DNA of 64,000 bases, taken from the NCBI GenBank assembly GCA_035625025.1, contig DASPQJ010000041.1:1679-65678 (forward strand), in the 5' to 3' direction. The notes beneath the pieces were generated by a model, which worked only from the letters and a program-made list of their open reading frames with translations, did no database searches and was not told where the DNA came from. This document shows positions 45,477 to 54,807 of the stretch, piece by piece. The position numbers and the translations under genes are program-made. Source of the stretch: Acidimicrobiales bacterium. Its GTDB lineage: Bacteria; Actinomycetota; Acidimicrobiia; Acidimicrobiales; Bog-793. Every line of letters begins with the position of its first letter. Position 1 is the first letter of the stretch.

Positions 45477-47273
45477 CTAGGTCGCGCCCAGCCCCGGCGA
45501 GGGTCGGGCGCCCGTCGCGGGGGCATCCGCCCCGACGCGCAGGCCGAGCTCGGCGAGGCGCCCCGCCTCCAGCGGCAGCGGCCCGCCGGTGAGTGGGTCC
45601 GATCCGGACTGGGTCTTTGGGAAGGCGATCACCTCGCGGATGTTCTCCTCGCCGGCGAGGATCGCGACGAAGCGGTCGAGCCCGACGGCGAACCCGCCGT
45701 GGGGAGGGCCGCCGTAGCGGTAGGCGTCGAGGAGGAACCCGAAACGCGCCTCGGCGTCGGCGGCCGAGATGCCGAGCGCCGCGAAGACCCGCCGCTGCAG
45801 CTCCGGCTGGTGGATCCGGATCGACCCCGAACCGAGCTCCCAGCCGTCGAGGATGAGGTCGTAGCTGTGGGCGCGCACCGCGAACGGGTCGGTCGCCAAC
45901 TTCTCGAGGTCCTCGAGGCGCGGCATCGTGAACGGGTGGTGGGCGGCCTGCGGGTGGCCGTCCTCGTCGACCCCGTCGAACAGCGGGAAGTCGACCACCC
46001 AGCAAAAGGCGAGCGGCCCGGCATCCGTCGCCGGACGGCCGAGCTCGACCCGCAGCTGGCCGAGCACCTCGCAGGCCCGGCGGTGCTCGCCGGCGACGAT
46101 GAGGACGAGATCGCCCGCCCCGGCGGACGTCGCCGCGAGGATCGCGGCGAGCTCGGCGGCGGCGAGGTGCTTCACCGCCGGGCCGTCGAACCCGACGGGG
46201 TCGCCGACGGCGCGCAGCCAGACGAGGCCCGCCGCCCCGAGCGACCGGGCTCGCCCGACGAGCTCGTCGAGACGCGCCCGGCTGAACTCGACCCCGCCGG
46301 CGACGACGATCGCCTTCACGCTCGGCGCCTGGAGCGCCCGGAAACCGGTCCCGGCGACGGCGGCCGCGACGTCGACGATCTCCATCCCGAAGCGGAGGTC
46401 GGGCTTGTCGGTCCCGTAGCGGTCGAGCGCCTCGGGCCAGGTCATCTTGGCGAACTCGCCGGGGCGCTCCCCCGTCGCGGCTTCGGTCGCCTCGACCATC
46501 GCCTCGGTGACGAACCCGAGGATCTCGTCCTCGCCGACGAAGCTCGCCTCCACGTCGAGCTGGGTGAACTCGAACTGCCGGTCGGCGCGCAGGTCCTCGT
46601 CCCGCAGACAGCGGGCGATCTGGTAGTAGCGGTCGATGCCGCCGATCATCGTCAGCTGCTTGGCGATCTGGGGGCTCTGCGGCAGGGCGTAGAAAAGACC
46701 GGGCTGGAGGCGCGACGGCACGACGAACTCCCGGGCCCCCTCGGGCGTCGGGGTCCACAACAGTGGCGTCTCCACCTCGACGAAGCCCTGGCGCTCCATC
46801 GAACGGCGGATCGCCGAGTTGACGACCGAGCGGAGCCGCAGGTTGGCCTGCATCCGCTCGCTCCGCAGGTCGATGTAGCGGTGGCGGAGCCGCAGGGCCT
46901 CCTCGGTCTCGACCCGCTCGTCGAGCGAGAACGGCACCGGCGCGCACTTTGCGAGCGTCTCGACATCGCACTCGCCGAGCTCGACCTCACCGGTCGGCAG
47001 CGCCGGGTTCGCCGTGCCCTCGGGGCGGACGCGCACCGTGCCCGTCACGCGCACGACGTACTCGGGCCGGATCGCCCGGGCGCGCTCGACGACGCACTGC
47101 ACGACACCCGTGTGGTCGCGCACGTCGAGGAAGGCGAGGTGCTCGCCGTGCTCGCGCCGGCGCGCCACCCAGCCGCAGACCGAGACGCGACTGCCGGCGT
47201 CGGCCGCCCGCAGCACGCCGCAGTAGTGGGTTCGCATCCCCAGCCCGACCGGCGCTTCGCCCGTCCCCGTCAC
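45477..47273 (-). CDS. aspS: aspartyl-tRNA synthetase
   Basis: Track ORF 45477..47282. Motifs: MRTHYCG, FYALPQSPQ, YYQIARCLRDEDLRADRQFEFTQLD, GGSIRIH. Candidate starts are GTG 47273 (4-nt overlap with the hisS stop), GTG 47282, and ATG 47237 (canonical MRTHYCG N-terminus). Confidence 0.93.
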   Translation of the reverse strand: MTGTGEAPVGLGMRTHYCGVLRAADAGSRVSVCGWVARRREHGEHLAFLDVRDHTGVVQCVVERARAIRPEYVVRVTGTVRVRPEGTANPALPTGEVELGECDVETLAKCAPVPFSLDERVETEEALRLRHRYIDLRSERMQANLRLRSVVNSAIRRSMERQGFVEVETPLLWTPTPEGAREFVVPSRLQPGLFYALPQSPQIAKQLTMIGGIDRYYQIARCLRDEDLRADRQFEFTQLDVEASFVGEDEILGFVTEAMVEATEAATGERPGEFAKMTWPEALDRYGTDKPDLRFGMEIVDVAAAVAGTGFRALQAPSVKAIVVAGGVEFSRARLDELVGRARSLGAAGLVWLRAVGDPVGFDGPAVKHLAAAELAAILAATSAGAGDLVLIVAGEHRRACEVLGQLRVELGRPATDAGPLAFCWVVDFPLFDGVDEDGHPQAAHHPFTMPRLEDLEKLATDPFAVRAHSYDLILDGWELGSGSIRIHQPELQRRVFAALGISAADAEARFGFLLDAYRYGGPPHGGFAVGLDRFVAILAGEENIREVIAFPKTQSGSDPLTGGPLPLEAGRLAELGLRVGADAPATGARPSPGLGAT

Positions 47274-48532
47274 GAGACCCACCTCCGCAGCGCCGCCACG
47301 ACGTCGCCCCGGGCAACCGGCTCCTGGTGCCCCGCCTCCTCGCCGCGCAGCACCCGGAGGGTCACCGTCCCGGCGGCGAGCTCGTCGGTCCCGACGATGA
47401 GGGCGAGCCGGGCCCCGCGGCGGTCGGCGAGACGGAGCTGGGCCTTGGCGGAACGGCCGTCAAAAGCCCGCTCGGCGGTGACGCCGGTGCGCCTCAGCTC
47501 GGCGGTGAGGTCGCGGGCCGCGGCCCCGTCCGTGAGGTCGACGACGAAGACGTCGACCGCGTTGGCGTCCTCGCCGGGCAGGCCATCGGCCTCGGCGGCG
47601 AGGAGCACCCGCTCGATCCCGCACCCGAACCCGATCCCGGGCGCCGGGTCGCCGCCGAGGACGGCGACGAGCTTGTCGTAACGGCCGCCGCCGAGGACGA
47701 CGTCCTGGGCGGCCGGGATCGCCGGCGAGGAGAACTCGAAGGTCGTCCGGGTGTAGTAGTCGAGACCCCGCACGAGGAGCTCGTCGCGGGTCCAGGCGAT
47801 CCCCAAGGCTTCAAGACCCTCGGTAACCCGCCCGAAGTGCTCCCGACACGGCCTGCAGAGAGCCGCGCCGAGCCGGGGCGCGCCGGCGTGGAGCGCGACG
47901 CACGCCGGGTCCTTGCAGTCGAGGACGCGCAGCGGGTTCGCCGACCAGCGGCGGGCGTGCTCGGGACAGAGCTCGCCCTCGTGCGACTCGAGGTAGGCCG
48001 TGAGCGCGTCCCGGTAGGCGGGCAGACAGGCGTCGTCGCCCATCGAGTTCACCTTCAGCCGGACGCCGCGCAGCCCGAGCGCGGCGAGGAAGCTACTCCC
48101 GAGGGCGATCACCTCGACGTCGAGGTCCGGGTCCGCGCTGCCGATGGCCTCCACGCCGAGCTGGTGGTGCTGGCGGTGCCGGCCGGCCTGGGGCCGCTCG
48201 TAGCGGAAGGCCGGCGTCGCGTACCAGACCTTCCAGGGGATCGGCGGATGGTGCTGGACGAAGGCCCGCACGACCGAAGCGGTCCCCTCCGGCCGCAGGG
48301 CGAGGAGGCGGCCAGCTTTGTCCTCGAACTCGTACATCTGCTTTTGCACGAGATCGGTCGCCGCTCCGGCCCCCCGCCGGAAGACCTGCGCGTCCTCGAA
48401 CATCGGCGAGACGAGGAGCCCGTAGCCCGCCGTGCGGGCGAGAGCGGCAAACCGGGCGACCGTGGCCGCGAAGCGCGCGCTTTCCGGCGGGAGGATGTCG
48501 TGTGTCCCCGTCGGCGCCTGAAAGGCGCTCAC
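47270..48532 (-). CDS. hisS: histidyl-tRNA synthetase
   Basis: 420-aa track ORF. Motifs: PTGTHDILP, ALRPEGT, FRYERPQAGRHRQHHQLG, GGGRYD. Confidence 0.95.
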   Translation of the reverse strand: MSAFQAPTGTHDILPPESARFAATVARFAALARTAGYGLLVSPMFEDAQVFRRGAGAATDLVQKQMYEFEDKAGRLLALRPEGTASVVRAFVQHHPPIPWKVWYATPAFRYERPQAGRHRQHHQLGVEAIGSADPDLDVEVIALGSSFLAALGLRGVRLKVNSMGDDACLPAYRDALTAYLESHEGELCPEHARRWSANPLRVLDCKDPACVALHAGAPRLGAALCRPCREHFGRVTEGLEALGIAWTRDELLVRGLDYYTRTTFEFSSPAIPAAQDVVLGGGRYDKLVAVLGGDPAPGIGFGCGIERVLLAAEADGLPGEDANAVDVFVVDLTDGAAARDLTAELRRTGVTAERAFDGRSAKAQLRLADRRGARLALIVGTDELAAGTVTLRVLRGEEAGHQEPVARGDVVAALRRWVS

Positions 48533-50814
48533 GGGTTGGCAGCGCGGAAAGACCTGCCCTTACCGGGCAACAGGCGAAAGGCGTCGTAGACGCCCTCCAG
48601 TCGCCGCAGTGAGGCAAGGACCGAGTCGAGGTGCGCGCTGTCAGCGAGCTCGCACTCAAAACGCATGCTCGTCACCCTATCCGGTGCTGTCTCGGCGGCA
48701 ACTGAGACGATGCCGGCGTGGTGCTCGGCGAGGACGCGGGCAACGTCGGCGAGCAACTCCGCGCGGTCGAGCGCCTTCACCCCGATGCCGGCGGTATAGA
48801 GCCCCACCTGGGCCGCGTCCCACTCCACCTCGACGAGTCGCTCCCGGTTCTCGCCGACGAGCGAGAGGGCGTTCACACAGTCGGCGCGGTGCACCGACAC
48901 GCCGCGTCCCCGTGTCACGAAGCCGACGATCGGGTCGCCCGGCACCGGAGTGCAGCAGGCCGAGAGGCGCACGAGCATGTCATCGAGCCCCTCGACGAAG
49001 ACGCCGGCGCCGCTCGGTTCCCGGAAGGCCGACCTTCGCGGCTGGAGCACGGTCGTCGGCAGCTGCTCGTCACCCCCGCCGAGGATCTCGCGCCGCAGCC
49101 GTTGCACGACGGCGCGCCCCGAGAGGTGGCCCTCGCCGATCGCGGCGTAGAGCCCGTCGAGGTCGGCGAGGCCGAGCAGGCTCGCCAGCCGCTCGAGAGC
49201 CGAGGAGTCGAACAGCCGGCGCACCGGGAGGCCCTCCCGCCGCAGCTCCTTGGCGAGGTCGTCCCGGCCGTTGTCGATGGCGTCGTCGCGCCGCTCCCGG
49301 GAGAACCACTGGCGGATCTTGTTGCGCGCCTTCGGGGTGACGACGATCTTCAACCAGTCGTTCGAGGGGCCCGCGGTCGAGAACTTCGAGGTGATGATCT
49401 CGACCGAGTCGCCGGAGACGAGCTTCGTCTCGATCGGCACGAGCTTGCCGTTCACACGGGCGCCGACGCAGCGGTGACCGACCTCGGTGTGGATCGAGTA
49501 GGCGAAGTCGATCGGCGTCGCCCCCGTCGGCAGCGTGATGATCTCGCCTTTCGGCGTGAAGACGTAGACCTCGTCCTGCTCGAGGTCGAACTTCAAGGTC
49601 TCGAGGAACTCGATCGGGTCGGGGGTTTCGCGTTCCCAGTCGACGATCCGGCGCAGCCACTGCATCTCATCGGCCGCGGACCCCTCCCCGGGGTGGGCGG
49701 CACCCTCCTTGTAGCCCCAGTGGGCGGCGATGCCGTGCTCGGCCCGCTGGTGCATCGCCATCGTGCGGATCTGGACCTCCAAGGGCTTGCCGCGCGGGCC
49801 GACGACGGTCGTGTGGAGCGACTGGTAGAGGTTGAACTTCGGGGAGTTGATGTAGTCCTTGAAGCGGCCCTGTACCGGGGGCCACAGGGCGTGGACGGTG
49901 CCGAGGGCCTCCCAGCAGTCCTTGTCGGCTTCGACGATGACGCGGATCCCGACGAGGTCGTTGATCTCCTCGAACTCCTTGCCGCGCACGACCATCTTCT
50001 CGTAGATGCTCCAAAGGTGCTTCGGCCGACCGGTGACGATCGCCTCGATGCCGAGGGCCGCCAGCCGGGTCTTCAGGACCTCGACGACCTCGGCGACCTC
50101 GAGCTCCCGGCTCGGCGCCCGGGTCGCCACCATCTGGGCGATCTCCTCGTAGCGTTTCGGGTGGAGGGTGAAGAACGAGAGGTCCTCGAGCTGCCACTTG
50201 ATCTCCTGAATGCCCAGGCGGTGCGCCAGGGGCGCGTAAATGTCAAGGGTCTGCTGGGCGATGCGGCGCTGCTTCCACTCCGGCATCACCGAGAGCGTCC
50301 GCATGTTGTGGAGCCGGTCGGCGAGCTTGATCACGAGGACGCGCCAGTCGTTCGCCATCGCGACGAGCATCCGGCGCACCGTCGCCGCCTGCTGGGCCTC
50401 CCGCGAGGAGAACTTCAAGCGATCGAGCTTCGTGACCCCGTTGACGATCTCGGCGATCACGGTCCCGAACTCGCTCTCGATCTCGGTGACGGTCACCGCG
50501 GTGTCCTCGACGACGTCGTGGAGCAGCGCCGCGACGACGCTCGTCACGTCGAGACCGAGGTCGGCGACGATCTGCGCCACGGCGATCGCGTGCGTGATGT
50601 ACGGCTCGCCCGACAGTCGGCGCTGGCCCTCGTGGGCAGCCGAGGCCATGGCGAAGCCCCGGCGGACGATGCCCGCGTCCTGGCCGGGGTGGTGGGCCTC
50701 GAGCGTCGCGAGCAACGGCTCGATCGTGCTCACCGGCTCGGGCTTCTCGTCGAGCCCGACGAGCACCATCGGCGTGGTGAGGCGCTCCCGGTCGATCGGG
50801 CTCACCGCGTCCAT
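48529..50814 (-). CDS. relA: bifunctional (p)ppGpp synthetase/hydrolase (RelA/SpoT homologue)
   Basis: Distal 761 codons of track ORF 48529..50943, from ATG 50812-50814. Contains the HD motif HDVVEDT, the synthetase region YRSLHT-like YQSLHTTV, and TGS and ACT-like C-terminal parts. The stop overlaps the hisS ATG. Confidence 0.94.
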   Translation of the reverse strand: MDAVSPIDRERLTTPMVLVGLDEKPEPVSTIEPLLATLEAHHPGQDAGIVRRGFAMASAAHEGQRRLSGEPYITHAIAVAQIVADLGLDVTSVVAALLHDVVEDTAVTVTEIESEFGTVIAEIVNGVTKLDRLKFSSREAQQAATVRRMLVAMANDWRVLVIKLADRLHNMRTLSVMPEWKQRRIAQQTLDIYAPLAHRLGIQEIKWQLEDLSFFTLHPKRYEEIAQMVATRAPSRELEVAEVVEVLKTRLAALGIEAIVTGRPKHLWSIYEKMVVRGKEFEEINDLVGIRVIVEADKDCWEALGTVHALWPPVQGRFKDYINSPKFNLYQSLHTTVVGPRGKPLEVQIRTMAMHQRAEHGIAAHWGYKEGAAHPGEGSAADEMQWLRRIVDWERETPDPIEFLETLKFDLEQDEVYVFTPKGEIITLPTGATPIDFAYSIHTEVGHRCVGARVNGKLVPIETKLVSGDSVEIITSKFSTAGPSNDWLKIVVTPKARNKIRQWFSRERRDDAIDNGRDDLAKELRREGLPVRRLFDSSALERLASLLGLADLDGLYAAIGEGHLSGRAVVQRLRREILGGGDEQLPTTVLQPRRSAFREPSGAGVFVEGLDDMLVRLSACCTPVPGDPIVGFVTRGRGVSVHRADCVNALSLVGENRERLVEVEWDAAQVGLYTAGIGVKALDRAELLADVARVLAEHHAGIVSVAAETAPDRVTSMRFECELADSAHLDSVLASLRRLEGVYDAFRLLPGKGRSFRAANP

Positions 50815-50829
50815 GACACAGGGTACCGT

Positions 50830-50851
50830 CGCCGACCTCGCGACGTCGGCG
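50830..50851. repeat. 22-bp imperfect palindrome 16 nt upstream of the relA start
   Basis: cgccgacCtcgcgaCgtcggcg. 10 of 11 positions pair; only the two capitalised C's do not. Confidence 0.7.
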
Positions 50852-50887
50852 CATTCCCGCGCCGAGCTGGCCCTTTGGGCCCGCCCG

Positions 50888-52240
50888 TCAGCCGGGAGCT
50901 GCCGGCGCGCCACTGCCGGCGAGGACGGCCGGGCCCGGCGCAACCGAGAAGTTCGCGGCCCGCGCGAGCCCGCGCGAGGGGACCACGCCCTCGAGGAGAT
51001 ACGCCCAGACGAACAGGTTCGCCGGGTACATGAGGTAGCCGAAACGCGTCGCCGGCGCGAGCACCGTGGCGAGCAGCATCGCCCAGGCCGTAAAGCGCAC
51101 GGCGGCCGCCGGGGTGCGCGGCATCCAGCGTCTCAGGCCGTAGGCGACGAGACCGACTGCGACGACGACGAGCACAGCGGTGATCAGCCGACGGTGGTCG
51201 GGGAACACGGTCACGAGGACCTGCCCGAAAAGCGGGCTCGCCGCCGGGGATTTCACCGCCGCGAGACCGAGCGGGAAGCGGATCACGTTCTCGAAGAAGG
51301 CCCCCGGGCTCGTCGCGAAGCCGACCCCGATCACCGGGACGGCGACGAGCGCGACCGCGCCCCCGTAGCGCAGCGGCGCCGGGTGCCCTTCCCGGTCCCG
51401 GATGGCGAGAGCCATGAGGACGAGCACGGGCCAGGCGGTGAACTTCAGCGTCGCGGCCCAGCCGAGGACGAGGCCCGCGAGCACCGGTCGCCGCTTCGCC
51501 GCCAGCACGACACCCGCCAGCATGAGGCCGAGGACGGGGAGGTCGTCGCCTCCCGTCACCATCGGCAGCGCTCCCGAGGGCAGGACGACGAGGAACTGCA
51601 GCACCCGTCCCCGGCGCCCGACCGTCGCTCCGGCCCATAAAAGCGTGATCGCGCCGACAAGGAGCGTGAACCCGGCGAGGGTGACCCGGGCATCGATGAG
51701 CTCGGCCGGCCCAGAAAGGGCGTTGGCGAGCCCGAAGGGAGCCATCCCCGGCAAGTACGGGTAGAAGGAATTGGCGTCGATCGACTTCGCGTCGCTGCGC
51801 GGAGAGACACCGACGGTCGTCGGGTGCGCGAGATACGGGCTCCTGCCGGCGGCGAGCCGGTCGCCGGCGCGCTCGACGACGGCGACCTCGGACTGCGCGT
51901 TGGCGCCGGGACGCGCCTCGGCTCGCCAGACGAGCTCCGAGACGAGCGGGACGAGGACGGCGCCGATGACGAGGACGACGACGACGAGACGTCGCACCAG
52001 GCTCAGTGCTGCCGGGCGGATCGCGCCCCGGCGGTGCGCAAGGGCCACGACACCGCAGACGATGGTCCCGACCCCGTAAGAGACCGCCGCCATCTCGCCC
52101 CACAGCCGGTAGTCCGCCGAGACAGCGACGGCGATGGTCGCGACGGCGAAGACCGTGGCGCAGAGGTAAAGGAACGTGTCCTTTTCGATCGGAGACCACG
52201 ACATCCCGCGCCGGTACGCCGACAGGACAGCGCTCCGCAT
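50888..52240 (-). CDS. polytopic membrane protein, GT-C-like (DUF2029/GT87-like mannosyltransferase candidate)
   Basis: Track ORF 50888..52306 with at least 9 hydrophobic helices. The first loop RAGDRLAAGRSPY..SFYPYLPGMAPFGLA resembles the GT87/DUF2029 pattern. Start is ATG 52240 or 52204. The functional call is tentative. Confidence 0.6.
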   Translation of the reverse strand: MRSAVLSAYRRGMSWSPIEKDTFLYLCATVFAVATIAVAVSADYRLWGEMAAVSYGVGTIVCGVVALAHRRGAIRPAALSLVRRLVVVVLVIGAVLVPLVSELVWRAEARPGANAQSEVAVVERAGDRLAAGRSPYLAHPTTVGVSPRSDAKSIDANSFYPYLPGMAPFGLANALSGPAELIDARVTLAGFTLLVGAITLLWAGATVGRRGRVLQFLVVLPSGALPMVTGGDDLPVLGLMLAGVVLAAKRRPVLAGLVLGWAATLKFTAWPVLVLMALAIRDREGHPAPLRYGGAVALVAVPVIGVGFATSPGAFFENVIRFPLGLAAVKSPAASPLFGQVLVTVFPDHRRLITAVLVVVAVGLVAYGLRRWMPRTPAAAVRFTAWAMLLATVLAPATRFGYLMYPANLFVWAYLLEGVVPSRGLARAANFSVAPGPAVLAGSGAPAAPG

Positions 52241-52366
52241 CGGACGGAATCGTACTCTCGGGGCCCGCGGGCCCCAGGGCGCTGAGGCGCTAGGGCCGGC
52301 GCGCACCGCCCCGCCTCCGGGAACCGGAGGCGGGACTGGGCGCCACGAGCGGTCGGGCGGTCCCGC

Positions 52367-53002
52367 TCAGCGGTTTGGTTGCGGGGTGTAGCGCAGGTAC
52401 TTCTTGACCGTCTTGAAACCCTTCGGGAACTTCACCTTGGCGTCGTCGTCGGAGATCGCCGGGGCGATGATCACGTCGTCGCCGTCCTTCCAGTTCACCG
52501 GTGTCGAGACCGAGTAGTTCGCGCTGAGCTGGAGCGAGTCGAGGACGCGCAGGATCTCCTCGAAGTTCCGTCCCGTGCTCGCCGGGTAGGTGATCGTCAG
52601 CTTCACCTTCTTGTCCGGGCCGATGACGAAGACCGACCGGACCGTGAGCGTGTTGTCGGCGTTCGGGTGGATCATCCCGTAAAGATCGGCGATCTTGCGA
52701 TCGGGGTCGCCGAGTAACGGGTAGTTCAGAGTCTGGCCGGTCGCGTCCTTGATGTCGCCAGCCCAGTCCTTGTGGGAGGCAACCGGGTCGACCGACACCC
52801 CGAGGACCTTGGTGTTGCGTTTGTCGAACTGCCCCTTCAGGCGGGCGACCTCGCCGAGCTCCGTCGTGCACACCGGCGTGAAGTCCTTCGGGTGCGAAAA
52901 GAGAACCCCCCAGCCGTCCCCGAGATAGTCGTAGAGCGTGATCTCCCCGACGGTCGAGTCGGCGGTGAAATTCGGAGCGGTATCCCCCAGCTGCAATGCC
53001 AT
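52367..53002 (-). CDS. 1-Cys peroxiredoxin (Prx6 subfamily)
   Basis: 211-aa track ORF. Contains WGVLFSHPKDFTPVCTTE (peroxidatic Cys) and no resolving Cys motif. It is Lys-rich with lower G+C: six 60-nt lines hand-counted at 57-67%. Confidence 0.92.
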   Translation of the reverse strand: MALQLGDTAPNFTADSTVGEITLYDYLGDGWGVLFSHPKDFTPVCTTELGEVARLKGQFDKRNTKVLGVSVDPVASHKDWAGDIKDATGQTLNYPLLGDPDRKIADLYGMIHPNADNTLTVRSVFVIGPDKKVKLTITYPASTGRNFEEILRVLDSLQLSANYSVSTPVNWKDGDDVIIAPAISDDDAKVKFPKGFKTVKKYLRYTPQPNR

Positions 53003-53140
53003 GGCCCTTTCTTCTTCCCATCCGGTGGCACCCGGCGCGCACCAGGGTGCCGGTCGTGTGGGGCGAGCCTAACGGCGCCGGCGCGAAACCCGACCGACTC
53101 GACCCGCTTTCTCCGGCTCGGCGCCAGGGCCGCAGGAAGC

Positions 53141-53776
53141 TCAGATTCCGGGCTGCGGCGTGAAGCGGAGGTAGTCCGTCACTGTCCGGAATCCCTGCGG
53201 GAACTGCACTCCGGCTTCCTCGTCCGAGACATTCGGCGAGATGATCACGTCGTCGCCCGGCTGCCAGTTGGCCGGCGTCATGACCGCGTGCCGGGCGGTG
53301 AGCTGGAGCGAATCGAGCGCCCGCAGGATCTCCCCGAGGTTCCGGCCGGTACCAATCGGGTAGTTCATGAGCAGCTCGACTCGCTTGTCGGGGTCGATGA
53401 CGACGACCGACCGGACCGAGAGCGGGTCGGGCGCGAAGGGGTGGACCATCCCGTACAGGTTGGCGACGATGCGATCGGGGTCGCCGATCACCGGGAAGTT
53501 CACCTTGCACCCGGTCGCCTCTTCGATGTCGCGGAACCAGTCGCAGTGCGAGGCGACGGAGTCGACCGAGATGCCGACGACCTTCGTGCTGCGCCGCTCG
53601 AACTCGCCGATCAGACGGGCGACCTCACCGAGCTCGGTCGTGCACACCGGCGCGAAGTCCTTCGGGTGGGAAAAGAGGACCCCCCAGCTTCCGCCGAGGA
53701 AGTCGTGGAACGCGATCTTCCCTCGGGTCGAATCAGCGGTGAAGTCAGGCGCGTAGTCGCCCAGTCGCAGCGTCAT
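53141..53776 (-). CDS. 1-Cys peroxiredoxin (Prx6 subfamily), tandem paralogue
   Basis: Distal 211 codons of track ORF 53141..53923, from ATG 53774-53776. Contains WGVLFSHPKDFAPVCTTE. Colinear with the neighbouring paralogue without gaps. Confidence 0.92.
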   Translation of the reverse strand: MTLRLGDYAPDFTADSTRGKIAFHDFLGGSWGVLFSHPKDFAPVCTTELGEVARLIGEFERRSTKVVGISVDSVASHCDWFRDIEEATGCKVNFPVIGDPDRIVANLYGMVHPFAPDPLSVRSVVVIDPDKRVELLMNYPIGTGRNLGEILRALDSLQLTARHAVMTPANWQPGDDVIISPNVSDEEAGVQFPQGFRTVTDYLRFTPQPGI

Positions 53777-53885
53777 TCTGCTCCCCCCGATCGTCGCGCG
53801 CGCCACCCATTCCAGCTGTCCGTCTCCCCAGCCGCGATGGCCGCGAAAGATCACAGTAACGGAAGCGCGCCCGGCGCCGGCGATT

Positions 53886-54518
53886 TCAGTCCGGACGGGT
53901 CTTTGGGTCCGGAGCGACGACACGGCCCCGCCGGCGGTGGACGACGACGGCGACGGCGACGGCGACGATGATGATGATGATGATCGTGGTCGAGACCCGA
54001 CCGCCCCAGGTCAGCACCTTCTCGTAGGACTTGCCGACGGCGTAGCCGGCGAGCGTGTAGGCGGACCCCCAGACGAGGCCGCCGGCGGCGTTCGCGGCGA
54101 GGAACGTCCGATAGCGCACTTCGGAAGCCCCGGCGACGCCGGGGACGAGGGCGCGGAAGACGGCGGCGAAGCGGCCGACGAAGACGGCGTAGGCCCCGCG
54201 GCGCTGCAGGAAGAGCCGGGTCCGTTCGACCCCCCGATGGTCCTTCAGCGGCCGGTGCGACAGGAGCACTGGTCCGAAGCGCCGGCCGACCTCGTAGCCG
54301 ACGCTGTCGCCGACGATCGCGCAGAGCACGACGAGGGTGCAGATCCACGACAGGCTGACGTGGTGCTCCGAGGCGAGCACACCCCCGAAGACGACCGCCG
54401 TCTCGCCCGGCAGGACGAAGCCGACGAAGAGCGCGGCCTCGCCGAAACACAGCGCCCCGACGAGCGCGTACGCCTCCCAGCCACCGAGCCCGAGGAGCGG
54501 GCTGAGCAGCGTGTTCAC
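53886..54518 (-). CDS. DedA-family membrane protein
   Basis: Distal 210 codons of track ORF 53886..54968, from GTG 54516-54518. Motifs: FGEAALFVGFVLPGETAVVFGGVLA, GRFAAVFRALVPGVAG. Confidence 0.85.
   Translation of the reverse strand: MNTLLSPLLGLGGWEAYALVGALCFGEAALFVGFVLPGETAVVFGGVLASEHHVSLSWICTLVVLCAIVGDSVGYEVGRRFGPVLLSHRPLKDHRGVERTRLFLQRRGAYAVFVGRFAAVFRALVPGVAGASEVRYRTFLAANAAGGLVWGSAYTLAGYAVGKSYEKVLTWGGRVSTTIIIIIIVAVAVAVVVHRRRGRVVAPDPKTRPD
53946..53984. repeat. in-frame simple repeats (GACGGC)x3 followed by (GAT)x6 inside dedA
   Basis: Read directly: 53946-53963 is gacggc x3 and 53967-53984 is gat x6. Together they encode ..TTIIIIIIVAVAVAVVV.. in the last TM segment. Confidence 0.9.
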
Positions 54519-54807
54519 GCCCGCGTGACCCGTGCCACGGGCGAAACTGTAGGCGGCGCCCAGCGGGCAACGACGCCTCGCCCGCCCTCGCCCGACCCGC
54601 GACCGGGCCCGGCCCGCCGGCCGGGGTCCGGCTCGGAGCCCTCGTCCCGGGTCACCCGGCGCCGCGCCCGAGGCGCCGGCCAGGCGATGACCCGGCCGGG
54701 TCGCCCGGCACGGCGCGCCGGGCTGACCCCGGTTCGTTCCAATCGGCGCCGGTGTGCCAACATTTCTGTGACCGACGGGCCGGGGGCCCCGGGGCATCGA
54801 GGAGATC

